A stretch of DNA of 58,268 nucleotides from Candidatus Falkowbacteria bacterium (GCA_013336275.1 JAAXUA010000002.1:193904-252171); one strand, 5' to 3'; numbered from the stretch's first letter, positions 43,346 to 53,152 are shown. Numbers and translations are program-made. Notes: generated by a model from the sequence alone, not told the origin.

Positions 43346-43504
43346 AGGTGTAGTTATTTAATAGACACTTAATTATACATTTTTTTGAGATTTTGTCAAG
43401 ACCTAACCCATGAGTTTGTTTAATGTAAGCCAATAAATAATAAAAATTTTATCAATAAAAAGAGACCCGATTCTCGGGGCGCTTTTTATTCTTGTTTTAA
43501 AAGT

Positions 43505-44746
43505 TTAGCTTTTGCCGCGATCGGCCATAGCTTGGGCCACTCTTTCAACGGCTAGGGCATAGGCACCGAGACGAAAAGTCGTGCCGTATTTTTCCTTTTC
43601 AGCCCAAACTGATTCGAAGGCTTCGTGCATCATCTTGCTGAGTTTCTCCAGGACCTCTGACTCCTCCCAATAGTAGCCGTAAGCATTCTGTACTTGCTCC
43701 AAATAGCTGACGGTCACGCCGCCAGCATTCGCCAGGATGTCGGGGACGATTACGACGCCTTTTTCGTTGAGTATTTTTTCGGCCTCAGGCGAAGTTGGGC
43801 CATTGGCCATCTCGATTATCAATTTAGCTTTGACTTGGTCAGCATTTTTTGCAGTAATGGCATTTTCCAGAGCTGCGGGAATCAGGATGTCGACATCATA
43901 TGTTATGACGTTATCAGGATCGTCGTTCTCAGTTCCGATGCAGTCGGCGACTGAGCCGGAACTTTCTTTGTGCCGGCGCACCGCTTCGACATCCAGGCCC
44001 ATCGCGTTATGGATGGAGCACTTGGAATCGCTGACGGTCAGTATTTTATAGCCAGCCTCCTGTAAGAGCTGGGCCATGTGGCTGCCGGCATTGCCGAAGC
44101 CTTGGATGGCGATGGTAGCGTGCTTCTTCAGTCCGAGCTTGTGCGCCGCAGCTTCAAGGACGTAAAACGCACCTTGGGCCGTGGCGTAGTCGCGCACCTT
44201 GGAACCGCCGATCGATAAAGGCTTGCCAGTAATAGTACCGGGGCGGTGAGCGCCTATAATGGTTTCGTATTCATCAAGCATCCAGGCCATGATTTGGGCA
44301 TTGGTATTGACGTCGGGGGCCGGAACGTCGAGGTCGGGACCGATATTGCGGTGTAGGGCACGAATGTAACCGCGTGACAACCGCTCCAACTCGCCCGAAG
44401 AAAGCTCTCTGGGGTTGACGATGATTCCGCCTTTGCCACCGCCGAGGGGCAAGTTTAAGACGGCTGTTTTCCAGGTCATCCAGGCTGAAAGCGCCTTGAC
44501 CTCGTTCTCGTTGACGCCCGGGTGAAAACGGATGCCGCCCTTGTAAGCGCCTCTCGCGCTGTTCCATTGCGAACGGAAGCCGGTAAAGACGCGAGTGGTT
44601 CCGTCATCCATTCTGACCGGAATCGAGACTTCGATAAATCGCTCCGGTGCCTGGAGTTGGGCGAAGATATTCGGATTAATTTTTAGGAAATGATTAACCT
44701 GACCTAGCTGCTCGAGAGCAGAGGCTAAAGGGTTGTAATTTTGCAT
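43505..44746 (-). CDS. gdhA: Glu/Leu/Phe/Val dehydrogenase (glutamate dehydrogenase)
   Basis: KGGIRFHP, LPLGGGKGG, DVPAPDVNT, QGFGNAG, EMANGP, PDILANAGGVTVSY. Confidence 0.93.
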   Translation of the reverse strand: MQNYNPLASALEQLGQVNHFLKINPNIFAQLQAPERFIEVSIPVRMDDGTTRVFTGFRSQWNSARGAYKGGIRFHPGVNENEVKALSAWMTWKTAVLNLPLGGGKGGIIVNPRELSSGELERLSRGYIRALHRNIGPDLDVPAPDVNTNAQIMAWMLDEYETIIGAHRPGTITGKPLSIGGSKVRDYATAQGAFYVLEAAAHKLGLKKHATIAIQGFGNAGSHMAQLLQEAGYKILTVSDSKCSIHNAMGLDVEAVRRHKESSGSVADCIGTENDDPDNVITYDVDILIPAALENAITAKNADQVKAKLIIEMANGPTSPEAEKILNEKGVVIVPDILANAGGVTVSYLEQVQNAYGYYWEESEVLEKLSKMMHEAFESVWAEKEKYGTTFRLGAYALAVERVAQAMADRGKS

Positions 44747-44764
44747 ATTTGGATAAGTTAGGGG

Positions 44765-45097
<333 letters not shown>

Positions 45098-45159
45098 AAT
45101 CTCGATTATTTGTTATTTCTTTAAGATACTAGCAGTAGATTAAAAATTCATTAATTTGA

Positions 45160-45423
45160 TCATTTCATCTTTATGATGGCTTCGAGGTGCTTCTTATCTA
45201 TCGGTTCACCGCGATCCAGGCGGCAGAGAACCTCATTTTCCAGAAGCTCCATGGCCAATCCGGCGGCCGCCTGCTTCACTGCCGACAACTGGGTAATGAT
45301 GCCGCTGCAGCTGTCGCCTGATTCGATCATCCGCCTGACACCCTTGATCTGTCCCTCGAGGCGCGCTAGGCGGTTCAAAAGTTTTTTGACCGACGGATCT
45401 TCGGCCGGAATAATCTGCTTCAT
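45160..45423 (-). CDS. CsoR/RcnR/CstR-family repressor
   Basis: LLNRLARLEGQIKGVRRMIE..DSC..IITQLSAV; second Cys in ENEVLC. Confidence 0.9.
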   Translation of the reverse strand: MKQIIPAEDPSVKKLLNRLARLEGQIKGVRRMIESGDSCSGIITQLSAVKQAAAGLAMELLENEVLCRLDRGEPIDKKHLEAIIKMK

Positions 45424-45436
45424 AGTTTGTTGTTTA

Positions 45437-45455
45437 TATACCCTATGGGGGTATA
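45437..45455. promoter_or_regulatory. CsoR-family operator
   Basis: TATACCC-TATGG-GGGTATA: C-tract/G-tract pseudo-palindrome typical of CsoR/CstR operators; overlaps the -10 box. Confidence 0.8.
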
Positions 45456-45481
45456 CTAGCAGATGCTGGAAAGCTTGACAA
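45453..45481 (-). promoter_or_regulatory. Promoter of the repressor-trxA-gdhA operon
   Basis: Minus strand TTGTCA-N17-TAGTAT with TG extension. Confidence 0.65.
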
Positions 45482-45500
45482 GTGGGTGGCGGAAAAAAGC

Positions 45501-45529
45501 TTGTATTTTGCCGGTTTTTCCGTTATATT
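45501..45529 (+). promoter_or_regulatory. Promoter of purE-purC
   Basis: TTGTAT-N17-TATATT. Confidence 0.5.
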
Positions 45530-45640
45530 AGCTTAGCATCCTTGGAAACGAGGTTTGTTATTTTTTTTGGTCTTTAAACAAGCGAAGTCAGGCATTAGAA
45601 AAAAAGGAAGTCAAATCCAGGAACAATGAGAGGAGGAGGT

Positions 45641-46189
45641 ATGAACGAAATCGACATCAGGGTAATGATGGGCAGCGAATCGGATGCGGAACAGGCCAAT
45701 AAGGTACTGGCCATACTAAGGAAGATCGGCGTGACCTATAAGGTTACGATCGCTTCTTGCCACCGCAACATCGGCGGCGAGTTCGAGGAGCTGGCCAAGA
45801 CTATCGAAGAACGGGTAATCTTGATGATCGGCGGCATGTCATTCGCCGCACCGGGCATTATGAGCTCGCTCTTGCGCAACGGCGGAAAGCTCGGCCATGT
45901 CATCATCGCCGTCCCGCTCGACGAAGCAGCCAGAAGCGCCATCGAGGACCTGCCCAAGGGCACGGTCGTGTTAACCTGCGGCCTCAACCGGTCGAGCGTG
46001 AGCCACAGCATCGAGAACGCGACCTTGGCCGCCGTGCAGCTCAACGCCATTTTCAGGCTGATCGAGAACAAGCCGCAGCCGATGATGAATTACGCGGCCT
46101 ATGTCGACAGTACCGCCAAGAAGCTCATCCAGGAAGCCGTACTCGACGAGAACGGCCTCATTCCGCTTCCGTCCAAAAACAAGCCGTAA
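45641..46189 (+). CDS. purE: Divergent PurE (AIR carboxylase/mutase), class II-like
   Basis: MGSESD, SCHR (canonical SAHR), IIAVPL, LPKGTVV; strong SD AGGAGG before ATG 45641 (track start 45626). Confidence 0.75.
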   Translation: MNEIDIRVMMGSESDAEQANKVLAILRKIGVTYKVTIASCHRNIGGEFEELAKTIEERVILMIGGMSFAAPGIMSSLLRNGGKLGHVIIAVPLDEAARSAIEDLPKGTVVLTCGLNRSSVSHSIENATLAAVQLNAIFRLIENKPQPMMNYAAYVDSTAKKLIQEAVLDENGLIPLPSKNKP

Positions 46190-46230
46190 TCCTGGCCAAC
46201 TAACCGCAGCACCCACCAAAGGAGGAGTAC

Positions 46231-47124
46231 ATGAACAGACTGCCATTACTGCAAACCGATTTTCCCGATCTGAAGCTGGCTGGCCGCGGCAAAGTCCGCG
46301 ATATCTACGACCTGGGCGAGACATTGCTGATCGTCACGACTGACCGGATTTCGGCCTTCGACGTCATCATGGGCGAACCGGTGCCGTCCAAAGGCTACGT
46401 CCTGAACCAGCTGTCCGCCTTCTGGTTCGATCAGATGGAAGAGATTATCCCGAACCACATGATCTCCATCTGCACGGACGATTTCCCTGAGGAGTGCCAC
46501 AAGTACGCCCATCTCCTGGCCGGCCGTTCCATGCTGGTGAAGAAAGCTCAGCCTTTAGCGGCCGAGTGCATCGTACGCGGCTACATTTCCGGCTCCGGCT
46601 GGAAGGATTACAAGGCGACCGGGTCCATCTGCGGCATCAAACTGCCGACCGGCCTGGTCGAATCCGACCGCCTCGACGAGCCGATCTTCACCCCTTCGAC
46701 CAAAGCCGAGCTCGGCACCCACGACGAGAACATCTCGTTCGACCGCATGGTTGATCTGGTCGGGTACGACATCGCCTGCGACGTCCGCCGCGCCAGCCTC
46801 AACATCTATTCCCGAGCTCGCGACATCGCCAACACCAGGGGCATTATCATCGCTGACACCAAGTTCGAGTTCGGCATTTACGACGGCCAGCTGATCATCA
46901 TCGATGAGTGCATGACCCCCGACTCCAGCCGTTTCTGGCCCAAGGACCAGTACAAGCCTGGGGGACCGCAGCCTTCTTTCGACAAACAGTTCCTGAGGGA
47001 CTACCTCGAGACGCTCGACTGGGGCAAAACCGCACCGGCACCGCCGCTGCCTCCGGAAATCGTGGCCAAGACCGCCGAGAAGTACATGGAAGCTTTGACC
47101 AGAATCGCCCGTCCGCGCAAATAA
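46231..47124 (+). CDS. purC: SAICAR synthetase
   Basis: [61 protein letters not shown]. Confidence 0.97.
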   Translation: MNRLPLLQTDFPDLKLAGRGKVRDIYDLGETLLIVTTDRISAFDVIMGEPVPSKGYVLNQLSAFWFDQMEEIIPNHMISICTDDFPEECHKYAHLLAGRSMLVKKAQPLAAECIVRGYISGSGWKDYKATGSICGIKLPTGLVESDRLDEPIFTPSTKAELGTHDENISFDRMVDLVGYDIACDVRRASLNIYSRARDIANTRGIIIADTKFEFGIYDGQLIIIDECMTPDSSRFWPKDQYKPGGPQPSFDKQFLRDYLETLDWGKTAPAPPLPPEIVAKTAEKYMEALTRIARPRK

Positions 47125-47148
47125 GCGGCAGAGCAAAGACGCTTTAAA

Positions 47149-47180
47149 GCCGGCTCCTCTTCTGGAGCCGGCCTTTTTCT
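47149..47180 (+). terminator. Rho-independent terminator
   Basis: GCCGGCTCC-tcttct-GGAGCCGGC then CTTTTTCT. Confidence 0.85.
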
Positions 47181-47225
47181 TTAGATTCAATATGGTAAAA
47201 TATAATAAATTGGAGCGATACGCAC

Positions 47226-47912
47226 ATGGCACAGAAACAGGTTTGGGAAAATGAATACCGGTCGCCGCAATTGGTGACCAAGGGCGAGGAGCCGCAGAAC
47301 GATGTTTTGCGGCTGTTGCGCGTGCTCAAGAAAAAATACGGCCTCGAACAAACTGGACTAAAGGTCCTGGACTTGGGCTCCGGTACTGGCCGTAATGGCA
47401 ATTACCTGGCCGAATTAGGCAATTCCGTAGTTGGCGTCGAGATCGCCCCGACTGCAGTAAGGCTGGCCCGGGAGCGGGCGCAGGCTCTCGGTGTCTCGGC
47501 TGAATATCATGAGCAAAGCATGGCTGACCGCCTGCCCCTCGAAGATTTATCGGTAGACCTGGCAATCGATATTACCTCATCTAACTCTCTTCTGTCAGCT
47601 GAAAGGGAAGCCTATTTCGCTGAGCTGGCAAGAGTGCTTAAGCCGGGGGCGTTCCTGGTTCTGAAGACGTTATGCAAAGAGGGAGACAAAAACGCCAAGG
47701 AGCTTCTGGTAAAACAGCCCGGGCCCGAGCCAGACACTTATGTTATGGCCGAACTGGGGTTGACTGAGAGGGTCTTCAGCCGCGAAGACCTGCTCGCTCT
47801 TTACACCCGTCATTTCGAACTGCTTCATCTCGATAAGAAGAGCAGCTATACTCGCATGAATAACCGCAGTTACAAGCGCAACTTCTGGTTGGCCTTGTGG
47901 CGTAAAAAATAA
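47226..47912 (+). CDS. Class I SAM-dependent methyltransferase
   Basis: VLDLGSGTGRN, VGVE, RVLKPGA. Confidence 0.88.
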   Translation: MAQKQVWENEYRSPQLVTKGEEPQNDVLRLLRVLKKKYGLEQTGLKVLDLGSGTGRNGNYLAELGNSVVGVEIAPTAVRLARERAQALGVSAEYHEQSMADRLPLEDLSVDLAIDITSSNSLLSAEREAYFAELARVLKPGAFLVLKTLCKEGDKNAKELLVKQPGPEPDTYVMAELGLTERVFSREDLLALYTRHFELLHLDKKSSYTRMNNRSYKRNFWLALWRKK

Positions 47913-47915
47913 GAT

Positions 47916-48473
47916 ATGGTTATCCGAAAAAGCAAGCTCATTAGTTGGTTCATTTTTTCTGTATTTCTAGCATTGGCACTAGGGGCGTGGCAGCTGACGC
48001 GTCCAACAACGGGCTATCAGCGCGGATTTTTCGGCGGCGATGCCGGCGAAAGCCTCGGCGTTGTCGGCTTGATACTGATCATATTGATTTATGCCCGCAC
48101 GCTATTGAAACTTTTGCTCGCCAACGGCGGCTTTTGGCAGCGGCTGCAGCCGCTTAACACTAACCCGCTGCCCTTGAAAACTCTGTTGGGCAGGGCGCTT
48201 TATTATCTCAACAAAAGCCACGGCTGGCTAGGTGCCTTGGCCGTGGCTTCTATTTTCGGGCATTGTTATCTGACTGGCAGTTGGCGGGACAATCTTGTCC
48301 TGCAAGCGGTACTCGTGCTTATGGCATGGCAGGGCTTTTGGGGGCTGGTACTAAAGATCAAGTACGTGCCGGCAGATCTTAAGAGCCGCGGCTATCTTTG
48401 GCACGCCCAAGTCTACAGCGGCATCGTCTTGTTAGTCTTTGCCGCTGTCGGGCATCTGCTATTGGACGATTAA
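47916..48473 (+). CDS. Polytopic membrane protein, ferric-reductase/cytochrome-b-like with four TM His
   Basis: GESLGVVGL; H-x13-H (SHGWLGALAVASIFGH) and H-x16-H in TM helices. Confidence 0.55.
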   Translation: MVIRKSKLISWFIFSVFLALALGAWQLTRPTTGYQRGFFGGDAGESLGVVGLILIILIYARTLLKLLLANGGFWQRLQPLNTNPLPLKTLLGRALYYLNKSHGWLGALAVASIFGHCYLTGSWRDNLVLQAVLVLMAWQGFWGLVLKIKYVPADLKSRGYLWHAQVYSGIVLLVFAAVGHLLLDD

Positions 48474-48501
48474 AAAACCCGCCGGGAGGCGGGCTTTTTT
48501 T
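48472..48501. terminator. Bidirectional terminator
   Basis: AAAAAACCCGCC-ggga-GGCGGGCTTTTTTT. Confidence 0.8.
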
Positions 48502-48853
48502 ATTGGACGATCACTTTTCCTTTCATATCGGGATGCAAGCCGCAGGCGTAGTCGTAGCTGCCGGATTTGCTGAAGAGCTGTTTGTGTATACCGTTGGCTG
48601 GCATCGTGGGTGAAGATAGTCCTTGGCCTTTAATGTTGTGGGAAACTGAGTCGCGGTTGGTCCAAACGATCGTGTCGCCGGCGTTAATCGTGATCGTTGC
48701 GGGCTGGAAGGCGAAGTTCGTGATATCGATAGTCCTGGTGGTCGGCGACTGGTTTTGCCCGGCAGGTTTGCCCGGCGTCGTTTTGCTGGCAGCGCTGCCG
48801 CATCCGGTGGCCAGAACCAAGGAGAGCAGGCTGATGATGATGGTTTTTTTCAT
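48500..48853 (-). CDS. Type-1 copper cupredoxin (amicyanin/plastocyanin-like) lipoprotein
   Basis: Lipobox LATGC; FAFQP, SHN, YACGLHPDM (His, Cys, His, Met ligands). Confidence 0.9.
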   Translation of the reverse strand: MKKTIIISLLSLVLATGCGSAASKTTPGKPAGQNQSPTTRTIDITNFAFQPATITINAGDTIVWTNRDSVSHNIKGQGLSSPTMPANGIHKQLFSKSGSYDYACGLHPDMKGKVIVQ

Positions 48854-48984
48854 GATGTTTGTTTAGTTGCCATTATTATAACACGAAACCGCTACCATGT
48901 CTCATTGATTATCAACGAAAAAATGTGCTAGACTGTGTGAAAGGCCGAGAGCCTGTATTTTATTATTAAAAAGCGATAAAAAAT

Positions 48985-49455
48985 ATGAAAAGCTTGCAGG
49001 AAGTTTTCAATCAGATCCAGGTGGTCAAAAAACAGCAGAAAGATATCAGGTCCTCATATAGAGACGCCCTGGCAAATTCGCAGGAATTCCAGCAAGCCAA
49101 GGATCAGCTCGAGGCCTTGAAGCTGAAAAAGAAGCAGATCGAGGACGCCATCAAGCTGGAGTATGCCAGCGAGCTGAACAAATTAGATGAACTCAAAACC
49201 GAACTGGAAGAGCAGACCACCATGCTTTCGGATATCGCCCTGACCAAATTGATGAACGGCGAGCAGATCGAGGAGATAGTCGACACCAAGAATCAGTCTT
49301 ACGAGCCGATCTTGTCGGTCAAATTCAAGAAGAGCGACGTGGCTAGGCAAGAAGAAACCGCAGCGGTCAAATCTACTGCGGCTGATGAGTTCGAGGATCC
49401 GGAGCCATTAAGAACGACCGCCAGCTTTTTGGAAATCAACCCCTCATTAGACTAG
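48985..49455 (+). CDS. Hypothetical coiled-coil protein
   Basis: Heptad-rich, charged; directly abuts rlmH (TAG-ATG). Confidence 0.7.
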   Translation: MKSLQEVFNQIQVVKKQQKDIRSSYRDALANSQEFQQAKDQLEALKLKKKQIEDAIKLEYASELNKLDELKTELEEQTTMLSDIALTKLMNGEQIEEIVDTKNQSYEPILSVKFKKSDVARQEETAAVKSTAADEFEDPEPLRTTASFLEINPSLD

Positions 49456-49923
49456 ATGCTGTCACCTGTAACAATAGTCGCTTTCGGCAAGGTAAAAGAG
49501 GCTCATTACGTGGCTGCCGTTTCGGAATACCTGAAACGGCTTAAGCCCTATGCCAAGGTTGAAGTCGTCGAACTCAAGGCCGAAAGCTTTGCAGAAGACA
49601 ACCACCAGAAAACGAAAAGGGTAGAAGCCGAACGCTTGCGGGAATATCTGTCAGGCCGCAAGCAGACAGCGGTAATGCTTCTAGATGAGCGGGGCAAGGA
49701 ATATACTTCTAGCGAGTTATCGGAGTATTGGCAAAAAATGGACCAAGAGCTGGTCCTGGTAATCGGCGGCAGTCTCGGTTTTGCACCGGAAATACTGACT
49801 GAGCACAAGAATCATCTGGCCTTGTCGCGCCTGACTTTGCCCCACGAACTGGTGAGGGTAGTCTTGGCGGAGCAGCTCTACCGTGCAGTCACAATTGCCA
49901 TCGGCAAGACCTATCATTATTAA
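49456..49923 (+). CDS. rlmH: 23S rRNA (pseudouridine1915-N3)-methyltransferase
   Basis: LLDERGK..TS, VIGGSLG, LSRLTLPHELVRVVLAEQLYRA, YH. Confidence 0.93.
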   Translation: MLSPVTIVAFGKVKEAHYVAAVSEYLKRLKPYAKVEVVELKAESFAEDNHQKTKRVEAERLREYLSGRKQTAVMLLDERGKEYTSSELSEYWQKMDQELVLVIGGSLGFAPEILTEHKNHLALSRLTLPHELVRVVLAEQLYRAVTIAIGKTYHY

Positions 49924-49946
49924 ATTTTGACGGTCGCTCGGCCTAT

Positions 49947-49975
49947 TTGACAAAAATTAAAAATTGCGGTATAGT
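49947..49975 (+). promoter_or_regulatory. Near-consensus sigma70 promoter for typA
   Basis: TTGACA-N17-TATAGT. Confidence 0.75.
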
Positions 49976-49994
49976 TTTTTAGCTATAAATCAAT

Positions 49995-50022
49995 ACTGAC
50001 CGTCTCTAACGGCAGTTTTTTT
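49995..50022 (+). terminator. Terminator-like hairpin in the typA leader
   Basis: ACTG(A)CCGT-ctcta-ACGGCAGT then TTTTTT. Confidence 0.55.
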
Positions 50023-50037
50023 GTTCGGAAATATAAT

Positions 50038-51855
50038 ATGGAAAATCTCAATTTACGCAATGTCGCGATAATCGCTCACGTTGACCACGGCAAAACTACG
50101 CTTGTGGATGCTTTGCTACGCCAATCCAAGACCGAACTCGGTAAGGACGGCGGTAATTCGGACCTGATCATGGATTCCAATGAGCTGGAGAAAGAGCGTG
50201 GCATCACTATTTTTTCAAAAAACGCTTCGGTCAATTGGCAGGGGACTAAAGTTAATATCATCGATACTCCGGGCCATGCCGATTTCGGCGGCGAAGTGGA
50301 GCGCGTCCTGTCAATGGCTGATGGCGTGCTGCTGTTAGTCGATGCCAAAGAGGGGCCGATGCCTCAGACCCGTTTCGTCTTGCGTAAGGCGTTGGAGATG
50401 AAGCATCGTGTCATCGTGGTCATCAACAAGATCGACAAGCCTGACGCTCGTCCGGACTATGTCTTGAATGCGACTTTCGACCTCTTTATCGAGCTGGGGG
50501 CTGACGACGACTTGGCTGACTTTCCGGTCGTCTACGCTTCGGCTAAGCAAGGGTTGGCTGGCAATGAACCGGATCTTGCCAAAATGACGGACATCAGCCC
50601 GATTTTTGAAGCTATACTGAAATATGTGCCAGCACCGAAAGTCGATACCGAAGCGCCTTTGCAGATGCTGATTACCACCATCGGTGCCGACAATTATAAA
50701 GGACGCATCGCTATCGGCCGTATTTATCGCGGCAAGATAGCCGCAGCACAGGAAGTGGTCCACATCAATCGCGAAGGCCAATCCAAAAAATGCCGCATAA
50801 CTTCCTTGATGTCATTCGAAGGCTTGGGCAAGATGGAAGTCAAAGAGGCCCAGGCGGGCGATATCGTCGCCTTAGCCGGTATCACTGACGCCACGATCGG
50901 CGAAACTGTGGCTGACCCACTCACCCCGGAAGCTTTGCCTGTTTTGAAATTGGAAGAGCCGACCGTCAAGATGAGCTTCATGATCAATGACTCACCTTTT
51001 GCCGGCAAGGAAGGCAAGTTCACTACTTCGCGCCAGATCAATGAACGCTTGATGAAAGAGCTCGAGACCGACATGGCCCTGCGCATAGAACCAGGTGAGG
51101 GCACAAGCTGGCTCGTCTCCGGCCGCGGCGAACTGCACTTGGCCATCCTGATCGAGCGCTTGCGCCGTGAAGGTTATGAAATCCAGGTTGCCCGCCCGCA
51201 GGTCATCGTCAAAGTGGTAGATGGAAAGAATCTGGTGCCTTTCGAACGTGTTTTCATCGAAGTCCCGGAAGTCTCATCGGGCGCGGTCATCCAGAAATTG
51301 GGTAGCCGTAACGGCCAATTGCAGGAAATGCGCCTGGAAAACGGTATCACCTTCCTGGAATTCGTCATTCCGACACGCGGCTTGTTCGGCTATCGCAGTG
51401 AGTTCATCGTTGATACTCGCGGATTCGGCATTATGAATAGCATGTTCGAGCAATTCGCTCCCGACCCAGGCAACTGGCGCGAGCGCGAGCAAGGTTCACT
51501 GGTCGCCTTCGAAAGCGGCGCTTCGAACCTTTATGGCCTGACCAATGTCCAGGATCGCGGTACTTTGTTTATCAGTCCGGCAGTCACGGTCTACAAGGGC
51601 CAGGTCATCGGTCAGCACTCCCGCGGCGGCGACTTGCGCGTCAACGTTTGCAAAGCCAAGGAGCTTTCCAATATGCGTTCCAAAGGTGACGGCGTGGCTG
51701 AACATTTCAACGCCCCGAAGGAAATGGGGCTGGAAGACGCTCTGGAGTACATCGGCGACGATGAATTGGTCGAGGTGACGCCTTTGAACATCCGCATCCG
51801 CAAGATGGTTCTGGATGAGAATGAGGCCAAGCGCTTGGCCAAGATGGGCAAATAA
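50038..51855 (+). CDS. typA: Translational GTPase TypA/BipA
   Basis: AHVDHGKTT, ERGITI, DTPGH, NKID, GRGELHL, C-terminal LEDALEYIGDDELVEVTP. Confidence 0.98.
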   Translation: MENLNLRNVAIIAHVDHGKTTLVDALLRQSKTELGKDGGNSDLIMDSNELEKERGITIFSKNASVNWQGTKVNIIDTPGHADFGGEVERVLSMADGVLLLVDAKEGPMPQTRFVLRKALEMKHRVIVVINKIDKPDARPDYVLNATFDLFIELGADDDLADFPVVYASAKQGLAGNEPDLAKMTDISPIFEAILKYVPAPKVDTEAPLQMLITTIGADNYKGRIAIGRIYRGKIAAAQEVVHINREGQSKKCRITSLMSFEGLGKMEVKEAQAGDIVALAGITDATIGETVADPLTPEALPVLKLEEPTVKMSFMINDSPFAGKEGKFTTSRQINERLMKELETDMALRIEPGEGTSWLVSGRGELHLAILIERLRREGYEIQVARPQVIVKVVDGKNLVPFERVFIEVPEVSSGAVIQKLGSRNGQLQEMRLENGITFLEFVIPTRGLFGYRSEFIVDTRGFGIMNSMFEQFAPDPGNWREREQGSLVAFESGASNLYGLTNVQDRGTLFISPAVTVYKGQVIGQHSRGGDLRVNVCKAKELSNMRSKGDGVAEHFNAPKEMGLEDALEYIGDDELVEVTPLNIRIRKMVLDENEAKRLAKMGK

Positions 51856-51878
51856 TTATAGATACTGAAGATATGAAA

Positions 51879-51904
51879 AAAGGGCTCGCTTAGGCGAGCC
51901 CTTT
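51879..51904. terminator. Bidirectional terminator overlapping the last codons of the convergent NMO gene
   Basis: AAAGGGCTCGC-ttag-GCGAGCCCTTT. Confidence 0.8.
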
Positions 51905-52996
51905 GAGTTGGTTCATGATAATGTGCACCGGTTCGATCTTTTCGAGCCGGTAAGCGTTGGTGCCGACGGTGTAGAGGGAGCCTCGCGGATCATCCTGGTA
52001 ACCAGCGCTGTTCAAGAGGCCATTGCAGATGCAGAAGTGCCTGTTGGCGTCGATTTTGGCCGGGCATTGGGTGAAATGCCCGTCTTTGTCGCGCTGCAGG
52101 ACATAGCCCTTATCGCAAAGCGGTTGGCATCGGCCCGATAAGGCTTGCTGGTACATCGTTGATGATGAGATCAGCCGGAAAGGCAGACCGCAGGGCGATC
52201 CCGGATCGGTAGCGACCACCAGGTCTTCTGTTGTCGCCTTGATGGCTGCCAGCTTGTAGTCAAGCGTGGCGCTTGACTCGACGGCGACCAGGAAGCGGGT
52301 GCCCATTTGAACCCCGGCAGCACCTTGGTCGAGGCAGCTCATTATGTCGGATCGGTCGAAGATGCCACCGGCCGCGATAATCGGGAAGTCGCCGAATTGG
52401 TGGGCAGTTTCCAGGACTTGGGGCAGCAGGACTTCGAGGCGGTTGTTCGGATCATCGACTGTTTCGATCTTGAAGCCGAGATGCCCGCCAGCCAAGGGGC
52501 CTTCGAGTACGGCAGCGTCAGGACGGTAGCCGAGCTTCTCCCATTTCTTGCAGATTAGTTCCAAAGCTCTGGCGGACGAGACAATCGGGACCAGAGCAGT
52601 GCGTCCCGGGTTCTTGATGGCCGGCAGGTTGAGCGGCAGGCCGGCACCGCAGATGATCAGGTCAGCCCCGACGTCGATGGCGCCGCGGACACTGGCTTCG
52701 AAATCGCGCTGAAGAGCGAACATGATGTTGACTCCGATCAGTCCGCCGGTGCATAGCCGGCGAGCCAAGGCGACTTCTTCGATCATGGCTTGGTATGAGT
52801 CCAGTTTTTGGCCGGTCCTTCGGGAGACGAGCCGGTCAAGGCAGGCACTTGAAATGATGCCGATGCCGCCTTCGTTAGCTACAGCCGCTGCCAAGGGTGC
52901 CAGAGACACTCCGACGCCCATCCCTCCTTGGATCAGGGGAAAAGAGGCCTGGCAGTTTTTGATGTTCAAGGCCGGACTTTCAGTCGTTTCGGTCAT
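51890..52996 (-). CDS. Nitronate monooxygenase / FabK-like FMN oxidoreductase
   Basis: IQGGMGVG, GVNIM, GAGLP, EGPLAGGHLG, IAAGGI, GVQMGTRF; SD AGGAGG upstream. Confidence 0.9.
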   Translation of the reverse strand: MTETTESPALNIKNCQASFPLIQGGMGVGVSLAPLAAAVANEGGIGIISSACLDRLVSRRTGQKLDSYQAMIEEVALARRLCTGGLIGVNIMFALQRDFEASVRGAIDVGADLIICGAGLPLNLPAIKNPGRTALVPIVSSARALELICKKWEKLGYRPDAAVLEGPLAGGHLGFKIETVDDPNNRLEVLLPQVLETAHQFGDFPIIAAGGIFDRSDIMSCLDQGAAGVQMGTRFLVAVESSATLDYKLAAIKATTEDLVVATDPGSPCGLPFRLISSSTMYQQALSGRCQPLCDKGYVLQRDKDGHFTQCPAKIDANRHFCICNGLLNSAGYQDDPRGSLYTVGTNAYRLEKIEPVHIIMNQLKGLA

Positions 52997-53152
52997 GCTC
53001 CACCTCCTCGTTGTTTTTTGAATAAAGATCGTTTGCCCGATAATAGTAAGATATTATTCGGCTGATGGCAAGAAATATACGGCGTTTAAAAGTTTTTTGT
53101 ATACTAAAAATATGTTATAATAAATTAACTCCAACCGAGTATTTTATCATAC

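Noticed and set aside
45530-45640. ZTP or purine riboswitch upstream of purE
   Set aside because: I could not find the conserved aptamer motifs; only a short hairpin is present.
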